Assembly: GCF_964355755.1 (NCBI RefSeq)
Contig: NC_092676.1
Location: 11,075,888 to 11,139,887 of the forward strand
Source of the DNA: Antedon mediterranea
Taxonomy: Eukaryota > Animalia > Echinodermata
Reading direction: 5' to 3'
DNA: 64,000 nt
A model generated the notes under the pieces. It saw nothing but the letters and a program-made list of their open reading frames with translations. It was not told where the DNA came from and searched no databases. This document shows, in pieces, positions 37,293-49,651 of this stretch (position 1 is its first letter; each line of letters opens with the position of its first letter). The translations under genes were made by a program, and so were the position numbers.

Positions 37293-38469
37293 TATACTAT
37301 TGCTATATTGGTAGTTGCAGTGTGTGGTTGTTAAATCGTTGGCTTACTGTTACCATGGATTAAGGAATAGAAGGATATGCATCGACGGTGACAACAAACG
37401 ATTTTTCGTTTGCCTATACTAAAGCACTGCTGCCAATCAAACAAACACGCTCATTGAACTCCGTGTCTCTAACCGCGGCCCTCTATACAACGCTGCGAAT
37501 CAACTGTTACATTTTTAGAACAAAACGTAGCCATGTAGAAATCGTATGCGCAGACTGATTTTTCTATTGACATGTCTGCGTCGATGATTAATTGACAACA
37601 ATATATTGCTGAACAATTCTGTTTAATTTCATCACAATCGGACTACGAAAAGTTCACTTTCTTACGACTGGTAATTTTAAGTAGTTGGTAATAGTAATAA
37701 AATATGCAATTTTTATATTTGAATTATCATAGTGGCCTGCCACCTCCTGCCATTGAAAATTGTGTTAATCATCTATAGAATATTAGAATTATGCATTTGA
37801 CCATGTATGTTGTTACCGTGTCTTGTGGTCTCAAGTACAACAAACGTGTTTTTAATATATGGCTAAGCAGTGGTTTCTTCATAAATCTCCTTAATTATCG
37901 ATGTGATTATATTTAAATTGTAGTGCCTGGTGATTGGCTAGTCGTTATGTTATACACATCACATCCAATCACCGGGCCTAACTGAATAAAAACTGCGATC
38001 CCTGATCCGGGATTGGCTGGCTATGTATAGTTGCGATACGTCACCACTGACTCTACTACTCTCTAGCGCTCGTTTCGTTTTGAAAAGTAGACGCAAGGCA
38101 AACTTAACCATGAACAAACGAAGCATAAAAGTACCTTGTCTATTACTGATTATTATTCCCACAAGAAGTAGACAACGATGAGTATAGATCATGATTACAC
38201 GTTGTAGCTACTACACTTAAGATTAGCCAACCAATAGGCCTACCTATAGATGAGTGGAAATAGACTTTTCAGTCAAACAAATTGCAACAGTTTGTTTTTT
38301 TGCTGAAACATACTCAACTATATGTAGATATTATCATATCCAAAATCTACCCTGATCTGCCCATTATAAATTACCTAATTTGCATAAAATCAAAATGGCT
38401 GCCATTTTACAACTTTGATCCCAATTATCTCTTAAACCATAAAGAATTTGGTATAAGAATGTATTGAAC

Positions 38470-39600
38470 ACAAATATAAACATGACCCCAAAGATTCAGA
38501 ATAATATATTTGATTTGTCTTTGGGGTCAAGGTCAAAGGTCATTCCAGTTTGACATCTAAAATATGCTAATTATCTCTTAATCCATTAGGTATTTTGAAT
38601 AAGTGAGTCATATGGCCGAGCGGTTAAGGCAGGGGCGCCGTTTATCGTACCTAAAGAGCCAACAACAACATCGGCAAGGGTTAGAGGCCGACTCGCTCCT
38701 AGTTCTGGTGGTGGAACAAGTCTTCTCGGATAAGGACTATAAACCGTAGGTCCAGTGTACACAGTTATAACCTGTGTGTACTTTAAAGAACCCAGTTCAT
38801 TATTCGAAAAAGAGTAGGGGGTTACCCCGGTGAACTGGTTCACACAATAGCCTCTGTATCAGGGGGATTACCACCTATCTGATAGGACAGTGATTAATTC
38901 ACTATTGGTAATCCTTGGCCACAGTGCCTAAAGACATAAAATAAATAAATAAATAAATAATAAGAATGTATAAGTACAAATATAAATGTTACCCTAAAGA
39001 TTTAAAATAATGTATTTGATTTGTCTTTGGGGTCAAGGTCAAAGGTCATTCCAGTATGGCCTCTAAAATATGCTAATTATCTCTTAATCCATTAGGTATT
39101 TTGAATAAGAATGTTTAAATAATGTAAAATAAGACAACTCCCTGGTTTAACTATAGTACAAATATAGGCCTAAACATGACCCTAACGGTTTAGAATAATG
39201 TACAGTAATTGAGTTGTATTAGGGTTCAAGGTTCAAAAGGTTATCTAATTACACTATATAAAATTTGAAAATAACTCTCAAAACATCAGGTATTTTTAAC
39301 AAGAATGTATTTAATATAAATATGACCCTAAATATTCAGAATGATGCAATTGAGTTGTATATGGGGTCAAAGTCAAATGTCATCTAATTATGCCATATAA
39401 AATATGCTAATTATCTCTCAAAACATCAGGTATTTTTAACAAGAATGTATTTAATATAAATATGACCCTAAATATTCAGAAAGATGCAATTGAGTTGTAT
39501 GGGGTCAAAGTAAAATGTCATCTAATTATGCCATATAAAATATGCTAATTATCTCTCAAAACATCAGGTATTTTGAACAAGAATGTATTTAATAGAAATA
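38470..39600. repeat. ~120-bp degenerate tandem repeat array in the left part of the Academ-like element
   Basis: Recurring ATGACCC...GGGGTCAAGGTCAAAGGTCAT...ATATGCTAATTATCTCT...GGTATTTT..AAGAATGTAT units, with mirror units at 42500-42770. Confidence 0.85.
38604..38957 (+). mobile_element. tRNA-derived SINE (MetaSINE-like core) inserted in the left TIR
   Basis: A-box-like TGGCCGAGCGGTTAAGG, core GGATAAGGACTATAAACCGTAGGTCC...AAGAGTAGGGGGTTACCCCGGTG, (AAAT)n tail, TSD approximately AATAAG. Absent from the right TIR. Confidence 0.8.
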
Positions 39601-39612
39601 TACATAATAATA

Positions 39613-41114
39613 GTTTTCCCCGACCTTTGGAAAAGGGCTACTGCAGTTCCCATTCCTAAAACAGTGAATGCTAGTTCTGTCTCTGACCTTAGACCTATTT
39701 CCCTTACCTATGTTCTTGCCAGGGTATTTGAATCTTTTATTGTTAAGTGGATTCTTGAAGATATTAAGGGTAAATTAGATTCTCGTCAATTTGGTAGTAG
39801 GAAAAAGGCTTCCTCAACTCACTATCTTGTTAGTCTTATTGACTCTACACTCAAAGATGTTGAGAAGGGTAAATGTTATGTTAACCTATGTGCCACTGAC
39901 TTTACTAAAGCTTTTGATCGTGTTGATCATAATTTTATTATTATAAAGTTGATTGAACTGGGTGTGAGGTCGTCCATAATTCCCATCGTCTGCAGCTTTC
40001 TCACTTCCCGTTCTCTCAACACCAAGTTTGCTGGGATTTTGTGTCATCTTCAAAGTCACTGACTTGTGGTGTCCCACAGGGGACATTGCTTGGCCCTGTA
40101 CTTTTCCTAGTACTTATTAACGATGCTTGTGTTGATTGCTGCAGACGATGGAAATATGTGGATGACCTCACCCTTGGGGAGGTCGTTCGCAAAGGTGATT
40201 TGCCTTCCATGCAATCCCTGTTAGATGATCTGAGTGTTTGGTGTTCATCCAATAATATGATACCCAAACCCTCCAAATGCCATATCTTGGTTGTCAATTT
40301 TCTTAAGGACAAGTCGGATGATATTATATCGCCTTCTTTTAGTCTGAGTGGTTCCATTTTACAAGTAGTTGATCACATGACGCTTCTTGGTGTAATCATT
40401 CAAAATGACCTGAAATGGGAACTTAACACTAATAATATTGTGTCTAGAGCTTCTAGACGTTTATTTTCCTTGTGCATTTTGAAGAAAGCAGGAATCTTAA
40501 TTAATGATCTGTTGACTGTTTATATGGCGTATATAAGACCTATTTTAGAATATGCTGCCCCTGTTTGGCATGGCGCTATCACTAAGGACATGTCCAAGTC
40601 TATTGAAAAGGTACAAAAGAGAGCATTGCGTATCATGCTAGGTAACAACTATTTGTGCTATGATCATGCATTGTCTGTTACTGGTTTACCTACTCTTGTA
40701 GAGAGAAGAAACAAACTTGTGTTGTCTTTCGGGGAAGGCTTATTAAAATCCGAGCTGTTTAGAGAAATACTTCCCCCTCTTCATAAGCCAGCTCGGTCTC
40801 TCAGAGTCAACCGCTTTCTTGAAGTACCTCATTGTAAAACCAGCAGACTTAGGTCGTCTCCAGTTCCCACCATGGTGGATATAATTAATAGGCACCACTA
40901 GCTCTTTTTTAGATATGTAATAAGTGAATGTTTTAAGGTTTTTTATTCATGTATGTTTTTAATTGTATGGTACGATATCTAATTTTATTAAGATGTTTCT
41001 ATTTTTATAGCAATTTTAACTAATTTTTAGTCATTTGTAATACATTTCATTTCAGTCCTTGACTGTCGTTTTGTAATATATTTTTATATACCGAATAAAT
41101 AAATAAAAAAAAAA
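39613..41114 (+). mobile_element. 5'-truncated LINE (RT, one frameshift) nested in the Academ-like element
   Basis: 'FPDLWKRA..LRPISLT..DFTKAFD' and 'GVPQGTLLGP..KYVDD..YIRPILEYAAPVW'. AATAAA and poly-A at 41094-41115. Approximately AATAATA on both flanks. Confidence 0.9.
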
Positions 41115-43094
41115 ATAATATGTTCTTATGATTTGCATTTGATTTGTATTGGGTCAAGATAAAATGTCATTATCTTACAATATAAAATACTCTAATTATG
41201 AAGTGAATTCATTTCAATTTGGTTGGGGATGTACTTATGAACAACTCATATCTATTTTGAAAATCTGATTTGAGTTAACTTCAGGGATCAGACTATTAGG
41301 AAAGGTGTTTTAATTGTAAGGAATTACATTTATTATATTTGGGTTTTTTTTAGATTATAGTACACTATGCTAAAATATGTCACACAAAAACTGTCAATCC
41401 TGGCTGGTTGTGTGAAGTGTTTAAACTGAAATTATGGGAAAGTGTGGAAACACCTTTACCCTTACAAAATTTGTAACTGTGAAAATGGAGGTCATGTGGT
41501 TCAAGCAGTTACCGACCACTTGAAACAGTAAAACCTGACCCTAACATTGGGAAAAGTTAAGTTGTACTAACCAAAGTGGGTGCAGTATTAAGAATACAGA
41601 GACTATGTGAACTAAAAATCTTTAGAACAAGTGTCTATAGTTTACTTTAGTATAAGAACGAGTCCTCTGCTCTCAAATGACACAAATATAAAGATACATT
41701 AAAAAAAAATTAGAATCTTTCGTAACACCCTAAATTTTTAAGTTTGAGATGGATGAAAATTAAATAAAATCCAGCCATTAAAAACAAGTGTAGTTTGTAT
41801 TCATATTTAAATACCCTTAGTGTATGTTAAAATTTATCTAAACACAAACATTTTAAAGTATCAGTATATATTAGGATTAAGTAACAGTATTTATTAATAC
41901 TTTTATTAGCAAAATGATGCTTCAATTGAGAATGTAATGAATACAGTAAGACAGTAAGTCATTGTGATACTTACTAAAGTATACTTTAACAAAACTAGTT
42001 CTTTGCAACTGTTGTTGCTTAGTTTAACTGTAGATAATTTGATAAAAAAAAAATTATAGATGATGATAAATTACTAATTATCAGAAAGCTAAGTTTATTG
42101 GTCTACTCTGACGTAATTTTACTGAATTCTCAGAGAACCGAGAATTGTCCAAAGTATGGCAAAAACATCTTAAAAAGTAACTCCATTGACGATCGAGTCC
42201 GACCCAAGAATTATTTAGACATTTTTGTGACCAATGTTTCAGAAATGTAAGGTTATAAGCTTCGTAGGTCTACTAAAGTAGGTATGCCTAAATGTAAAAG
42301 TAAATGTCAAAATAAGCTATACTGTATGGTATAAAGTAAATGACCTACTGATACTATGTAAATTTAGTAGTTATAATATTTATAAATAAACAATTTTTTC
42401 AAAATTGACCTAGTAATCTCTGGGTGGGCGCAGTGTGCAGACATCAATCTGCTGCAATGTCTGTACTGTATATGCTATGTTTTTAGTAGTAGTAAGACTA
42501 GGATAATTAGAATTTTTTTATATTGTGACCTTTGACCCAGTGACCCCAGGGTAAGATTAAAAATCAAATGTGCTATTCTGAATCTTAAGGGTCATGTTTA
42601 TATTTGTACTTATACATTCTTATTCAAAATACCTAATGGATTAAGAGATAATTAGCATATTTTAGATGTCAAACTGAAATGACCTTTGACCTTGACCCCA
42701 AAGACAAATCAAATATATTATTCTGAATCTTTGGGGTCATGTTTATATTTGTGTTCAATACATTCTTATACCAAATTCTTTATGGTTTAAGAGATAATTG
42801 GGATCAAAGTTGTAAAATGGCAGCCATTTTGATTTTATGCAAATCAGGTAATTTATAATGGGCAGATCAGGGTAGATTTTGGATATGATAATATCTACAT
42901 ATAGTTGAGCATATTTAAGCAAAAAAACAAACTGTTGCAATTTGTTTGACTCAACGCCTATTTTTCATCTATTTCCACTCATCTACTAGGCCTATATCAT
43001 TGTCGGCAAATCATAGGGTTTACTAGTAAGCCTAGAAGGCCTTGGCCTACTATCCTTGCTGATTTTGTAATTTTAAATGTAGGCTGAGACAACA

Positions 43095-43445
43095 AGATCA
43101 AGGTCATTATATACTATTGCTACTTGTAGTGTTTGGTTGTTAACTCGTTGGCTTACTTTTATATACGTATTGTTCCAAGCTGATGTTCGATTCGATGTTT
43201 TTTTGTGCGCGTACACGATACCACAAGGTCATGGTAATACATGCCATTGCTACTTGTAATGTTTGGTTTTTCTCGTTGGTTTACTATTATATGTACGTAT
43301 AGTTCCTAATCGATATTCGATTCGATGTTGTATGTTGTGCGCGTACACGACACTACAAGGTCATGTATACCATTGTTACTTGTGGTGTGTGGTTGTTAAC
43401 TCGTTGGATTACTGTTATGTAGGCCTATGTCTAGTTCCAAATACA
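43095..43445. repeat. Degenerate ~115-bp tandem repeat (about 3 units), related to the sequence flanking the BEL insertion site
   Basis: CAAGGTCA..TATAC.ATTGCTACTTGT..TGT.TGGTTGTTAACTCGTTGG units; the same motif spans 24360-24392 and 37293-37350. Confidence 0.75.
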
Positions 43446-44062
43446 AACAGTTAGCTAGATTGCGCCAAAGAGTTGCAATCTAGGCCAATACCATGCAATA
43501 AACAAAATGCAGTAGTCAAGGCCTACAGTTTTCATTTTAAAATTCTGATGGTGACAATATTTGGCTACAGAATTACATCGCGTTTGTACTCTTTCGCTCT
43601 GTTTATATTTTGATAATTTCCTGTTATTCGAGAGCCATCTGGACAATTGCAATTGCGTACGTATACGTAAAGACGTAGGTTTTATTCAAGGACAAATTGT
43701 ATTCGTATTTGTATAAAGGACAAATGTCAGTAAGTCGCGCGTAATCTTTTTCTCAGTGCTTCAGACCATGGGTTCATACTTTCCGTACTAAATTGTGCCA
43801 GCAATTGAAAGTCATTAGGCCTACTAATTGAGTATGTTAAATTGAACTGTTTGTCCCATTCCTTTCCGTACCCAAACTAATTTTGGCTAGGATTTAAAAG
43901 CATGATAATGGTTTGTTAGTGGATTAGGTTCTGTAATGCAATGTGTAAATATTTCGAAGCTTTATATATTCGAGAACCATTGTAATTAATTTATGACCGA
44001 ACTGATAAACAATCTCTAAAGCTTCATGGCTTAACTTGTTTATGTATCTTTAAACTGGGACG

Positions 44063-44183
44063 TTTTTTAGTCGCGTGCAACGTAACTCTACAGCTCACGT
44101 CTATGTCGGTCAGTTGGTAGGACGGTTGGTCGGTAAACACTAACTAAAGCACGCGACTGCAGCCATGTATATGGTGTTGTTTT
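44063..44183 (+). mobile_element. Short interspersed element (Helentron-associated/DINE-like); related pieces at ~3015-3078 (+) and ~8332-8376 (-)
   Basis: TTTTTTAGTCGCGTGC...ACTCTACAGCTCAC..ATGTCGGTC.GTTGGT..CGGTAAACAC...GCACGCGACT..GCAGCCATGTATATGG..TTGTT. Subterminal inverted AGTCGCGTGC/GCACGCGACT and a (CGGT/TGGT) microsatellite. Confidence 0.6.
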
Positions 44184-45429
44184 CTGTTATGTTGTCTATA
44201 TTTTTTTTCTCTTTGTTGGGGGGGGTGGGGGGGGTCCCACATTTATTCTCATATGCATAAACTATACAGTCTAAATATAATAGGGTTAGTATACTATCAG
44301 TGTCTAACTGATATCTCTTCCATTCATTATATTCATTTTCTATTATAATTTTAATTCTTTTCTACACTAAATATTCACTTTTTTTTCTTAAATTATTTGC
44401 ATGCACATTTTTTCTATACATCATACAGAATAGAATTTGTTTTATGTGAATTAGCTTTTTTATAGCATAATAAAATATAACAAATATATATTCTCCATTT
44501 TACAAAGTTTATACACATACATAATTTAGTTAATAATGTTCACAATTTTCTCGTTTCCTATTTTAACTAAATCATTTTCCTTTTAACCAAGCCTCTTTTA
44601 ATTTTTAATTTTTAAGTATTTGTTTTTTAATGCCCTTCTCTTCATTTGTGAAAATGTTGAGATGTAACCTGAATTTTATTTCATTTAAAAACATATTGTA
44701 TACTGATGTATTTTACGTTTGTATAAACAGAATATTCCTACAGTTCCGATTTTTTTACGAACATTTTCATTTTTTTGAAAAAGGAAATTATGTAAGTTAA
44801 AATTGGTAAGATTAAAATTCTTTACATCTTTTATTCGACTTTGACAGTTCATTTCTGTCAAAATAAAGAAATTCGCTATGCCAATTACCGGTAAACTAAA
44901 GAAGTTAGACCAGCTTGGAAAGATCTGCATTACACACGTGAAATTTACTTGGTTAAATAATCTTACCACTATCATGGATGTAAGAACAGCATAGTTGAAG
45001 ACATTAAGCATGAAAACAGTTACCCAGAGAAGAGGAGAGACTTAATGTCGGTAAAGTACTAGGTGATTCTCTTACAAAAAATATCATCACTACAAATTAC
45101 CTTATGGAAATTCAATCCATAGGTGGAGCTGATCTAAATAAAATAAAAGAACCAGTGTGGAGAAATAAATAATTAGAGAGGAACGAATTAGATAACATCG
45201 GATAAAGTTCATTGTACGATATACTATATTTTTTAGATATTCCAGACCATAATCCTTGAACATTTTATTGTCGACAGATCAGATATCAGATCAGTGCCTT
45301 GTCAATTAGCTATAATATTCCGAGTCTCGTTATAACATTTATTGGATTAAGACTTTTTTTACTCTTAGACTACGCCATGATTGGAAAAAAGGGAGGCCGA
45401 TATTGATGCAGCATCAATTCGTTTTAATA

Positions 45430-47738
45430 TTTCCTGATTCATGTAATGGAATTGAAAGTATTCCTGATGTTAATTTTGCCTAGAATCATTTCAAAGAAAC
45501 ATTGACTAATATTATTGATAAAGTTGCCCCTGTCAAAGAAGTAAGAATTAAACACAAAACAGAACCGTGGTTCTCCTCTGACATTCTAGAAAACATAAAG
45601 AATAGAAATAAACTATTAAATAAATTTAATAAAAATAGGGATCCTCAACTTTATAAACAATATTGCACACTAAGAAATAAGGTCCAACGTGATATAAAAA
45701 CCGCTAAGTCTAACTTCTATCTTAAAAAAATTAAAGAAAACAGAAATAATCCTAAAAAGCTATGGAAATACCTTAAGGACATTGGCTATAGTACTAAGAG
45801 GAAAGAATGTAAACATTTTTTTTTAGATATTGATGGTAACGCATGTTTTAATAATTGTACTATATCTAATTACTTTAATGACTATTTTACAAATATTGCA
45901 TCTGACCTTGTATCCGAACTGCCTATGTGCAATAATTATATTTTTGATACTAATTCTGAGCATTTTAAATCTTTTTATAATTCTAGAAATGTACTGCCGA
46001 ATAAGTTTATACTGTCCGAAGTTAATGAAGAGACCATATTTCATGAACTAAACAAACTAAACGCTAATAAAGGACCAGGACTCGATAATCTTCCAGCCAG
46101 ATTCTTAAAAGATGGCGCAATTATCCTTAAGAAGCCTGTAACCTATATTGTAAACCAATCTATAAGTAAAAAAGTAGTTCCAAGTGATATGAAAACGGCG
46201 AAGGTTTTGCCTCTTCACAAGAAAGGTTCGAAAGATAATGTGAGAAACTACAGACCCATTAGTATTTTAAGTAGCATGTCTAAACTCTTAGAAAGAGTGG
46301 TTTATGATCAACTCGAAAAGTACTTGTTTGAAAATAAGTTACTTTATGAATTTCAAAGTGGTTTCAGAAGAACCTTCTCTACCGACTCAATCCTCATTCA
46401 CTTAAACGATTTTATTAGAACACAGATTTCAAAAGGCAATTATGTTGGCATGGTCATGCTTGACCTGCAAAAAGCCTTCGACACAGTCGACCATTCTATT
46501 CTGTGTAAAAAATTAGAAGCTATGGGGGTTGGGTCGGTAGAATGGTTCCGGTCTTATTTATCTAATAGAAGACAGATTGTTTGTATCGATGGAACTTGTT
46601 CAGAACCCAAACGTTGTACACATGAAGTTCCACAAGGTAGCATATTAGGTCCGCTTCTGTTTATATGTTACATTAATGATATGTCAATATGCATTGAGAA
46701 TTACTGTAAATTGTTATTATACGCTGATGATAGCGCAATGTTGGTGGCCCATCGTGACCCAGTATATATTTCTAATAACCTAGGGCATAATATGGAAGTA
46801 TGCAATAACTGGTTGGTTGAAAATAAATTGTCCATGCACCCACAAAAAACGGAGTGCATCATTTTTGGATCCAAAAAGAAATTAAAGAATATCGAACAAT
46901 TCGAAGTCCTCTATAATGAACATACCATCCATAGTTGCAATTCCATTAAATACCTTGGTTTACAAATAGATAATTGTGTGTCTAATGAAGAATATGTTAA
47001 CAATATAATTAAAAAAGCAAATTCCAGATTAAAGTTCATGTACAGACAAGCTAGCTGTTTGGACATGCAAAGTCGTAAGCTGTTATGCACGGCGTTAATT
47101 CAAAGTATTCTTGATTATGCTGTCTCGTCCTGGTATTGTGGTATCAGTACTGTCCTGAAAAATAAGCTTCAAGTAACACAAAACAAAATTGTGAGATTTA
47201 TTCTCGATCTCGCCCCTAGGGCACATGTTGGTCAGGCCGAACTTTCCGTTACTGGATACCTGAAAATAAGTGATAGAGTTAAGTATATTAGACTAATCCA
47301 CGCTTTCAAAATATACCACGATATTGACGCTCCTTATCTTAATGAACATTTTACAAAGATTTCTGAACTAATAGTACAAGGAAATCCAATGTAAACTTTG
47401 TAATTCCAAATATTAAAGGCCAAGCCTCTAAAACATTTTATTATAATGCTATTTAAGACTGGAATGATCTACCTTCCGATATCAAGAGTATACAAAAATT
47501 AATTGAATATAAACGTGCGTTAAAGGTTCACTTTGGTATTGTGCATTAACCATGCTGATGATTGTATTTTGTATATGGATGTTTCTGTTTATTGTATTAA
47601 TATGCATTTATAATGTACACATTATTATCTAACTTGCTTGTTTAAAGGACCCCATTGGAATTAAGCTGTTTCAGCTTTATGGGTCATCCTGGTATTTTTG
47701 TTGTATTGAGTACCGAATAAAACAAACAAACAAACAAA
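45430..47738 (+). mobile_element. 5'-truncated CR1/L2-group LINE with a 630-aa RT reading frame (45502-47394)
   Basis: 'NYRPISILS', 'QSGFR', 'LDLQKAFDTVDH', 'VPQGSILGP', 'YADD', 'KYLG'. AATAAA and (AAAC)n tail at 47716-47738. Confidence 0.93.
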
Positions 47739-47799
47739 TACTACGACCGATATATAAGTAGGCTACGAAAGTTGTTATTTGATCTTTTTGTTCCAAAAT

Positions 47800-48002
47800 T
47801 AACAAGATGCATCACAAAAAAAATATGCATTACTCATCAGTCATATGCATAGGTGCCACCCGGGTTTCAATTTCCAGAGGCATTGGTCATGTTTTCGAGA
47901 ACCATTCGGGTACACCCATTAGAGGGTGCGCGAGCGAACCTTCTAGTGTAGGGAAATTATACTGTAGGTGGAGGTATGCACTTTCGGAGTGCCCTCTAGT
48001 TC
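47800..48002 (+). mobile_element. Helitron/Helentron-like short element with a 3' hairpin; same end at ~7991-8029
   Basis: GGAGGTATGCACTTTCGGAGTGCCCTCTAGTT here and GGAGGTATGCACTCTCGGAGTGGCTTTCTAGTTT at 7996-8029: hairpin, then CTAG, then a T run. Confidence 0.55.
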
Positions 48003-48234
48003 CTTCTTTATCTAATCTCTTTCTCTCATACCAGTACCGTTCAAATTCGATTGTTAAATTGTTAAAATGTCTTAATACTGTTAGTAGTACTATTAGTTTG
48101 GAGCAGCAGCACTTGTAAAAAACGAATTTAAATGATTAGTAACGATAGTATTGCCAAGTTAGAAGCAACACTTGTGCTTGTATTATTAGTTTATTAGTTG
48201 ACCATTGAATAAATTCATCGTACTTATTAAGTGT

Positions 48235-48550
48235 GCAGCACTGTGGCACAGTAGTTAGAGTATTGGACTTCTTGCAATCAAGAGGTTGCCGGTTCAAGCC
48301 ACTGCAGTGTTGAGCCGTTGAACAAGATTCTTTATCCACGTTGTTCCTCCCCACCCAGATGATAGAAATGGGTACCGGTATGTAAAAAGTAATGGGAAGG
48401 TAAATCAGACTCGTTTGTGCGGGAGGAGTGGCGTACCCCCAACAAACATACACACTTAGTGGAGTCTGGCCCAAACGCTAAATAAATGGAGATGGGCACC
48501 ACGGCCGTTAGCATTAGCTTAGGTTTCGACTTTATCTTTACCTTTTACTT
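48235..48550 (+). mobile_element. tRNA-derived SINE (CORE-like)
   Basis: A box TGGCACAGTAGTTAG, B box GGTTCAAGCC, central TTGAACAAGATTCTTTATCCAC...CACCCAGATG..AAATGGGTACC, tail (CTTTA)n. Confidence 0.78.
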
Positions 48551-49651
48551 ATATCAAGAGAACAGAGCCGTTGTCTGAATAGTTAATATTCATGTCACTA
48601 ATAAGAATGTACTCACAATCTTGAGGAATTTTATACAGTATAGTTTCAAAAAAGAGATATAAAAGGAAGAACAGACAAAGATTTATTTTAAAGCATTTAG
48701 TCCAACATTCTTTTATTCGAATTTTCTAGACAGTGTATGCCTATTAGTGACACGTTGTGTAGTTGTAGTTCAATAATTTAATCAATCGAATTCGTGTACC
48801 AACACCAATACTAACAACATTTAAATTTAAACAGAGAATGTGAATTTTACTAAAATCCGATCCGCCGATCCAATTAATAAACATAAGATACGCGTTAAAA
48901 TAGGATAGCTCAAATTTAAATTCCAGAATTTTGAACAAATACTGAAATAGTCGGTTAATTAGTATTCCATTAAAAAATTAGTTACAATACCATGAATATT
49001 ATCATGCAACCTGAGTATTTATGATTGCCTTTATTGCACACATGTGTGTTAAGAAGTTACTCATACAAACAGTGGAGAGTTTAGGCCTATTGAAGTTGTG
49101 AACAACATGATTTTATGCTGTTTTATTTTCTTTTGAATACATAAAGATAGAATTAAAATAGATTTGAAAATGCACGTTAGTAGATATGTTTTACATATTA
49201 AAGGCAAAATTGATTAAAATATTTTGTAGAAACCTGTTTACTGATTTTGTCGAATTAAAACGAATTTAGTTGAGTAGAGGTGTTTTCGAGATGTGTACAT
49301 ACTGTTTATGATGATAATATACCCGCATACAATCATACAATGATTTTCTATCTCCGTCAATAGTTGTTTTTATTTGTTAACTTACAATTTTAGGTTATAA
49401 ACAATATTTAATAGCTAGAATATACTTTTCAAATGTATTGCTTGACGGTTAATACGCCTTAGTAAAAAGCAGTCCACAACTATTTCAGTATGACATTTAT
49501 AATTTTTATATATTATATGAAAATAATTTATTCACCTTCATTTTTGATGTTTTCAGGTTAATAAAACTTTAATTGTTGATTTAATTCTTTGTATAATTAG
49601 AAATAACATAGTAATAGAAGTAAACAAAAAATAAAACACTAATTATTTTGG

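Larger units (their letters stand above)
38247..42985. mobile_element. Academ-like non-autonomous DNA transposon with TIRs of about 400 bp or more
   Basis: Termini TAGATGAGTGGAAATAGA / TCTATTTCCACTCATCTA. 3-bp TSD CTA, confirmed by the empty paralogous site at ~23450-23470. Mirror ORFs at 38282-38467 (+) and 42755-42940 (-). TAG..CTA termini with a 3-bp TSD fit Academ. Confidence 0.85.

Noticed and set aside
23172-38192. Duplicated 77-aa ORF (23172-23405 and 37959-38192) as a small protein gene
   Set aside because: It lies in a recent duplicated block; near-identity reflects the duplication and no domain or splice evidence supports it.
38604-38700. tRNA gene (also 48235-48305)
   Set aside because: Only tRNA-like SINE heads with internal promoter boxes; there is no complete cloverleaf, and each is followed by a SINE core and simple-repeat tail.
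47826-47875. Minus-strand GAAAC...CTGATGAG as a hammerhead ribozyme
   Set aside because: The cleavage-site residue would be G rather than H, and stems I and II do not pair convincingly.
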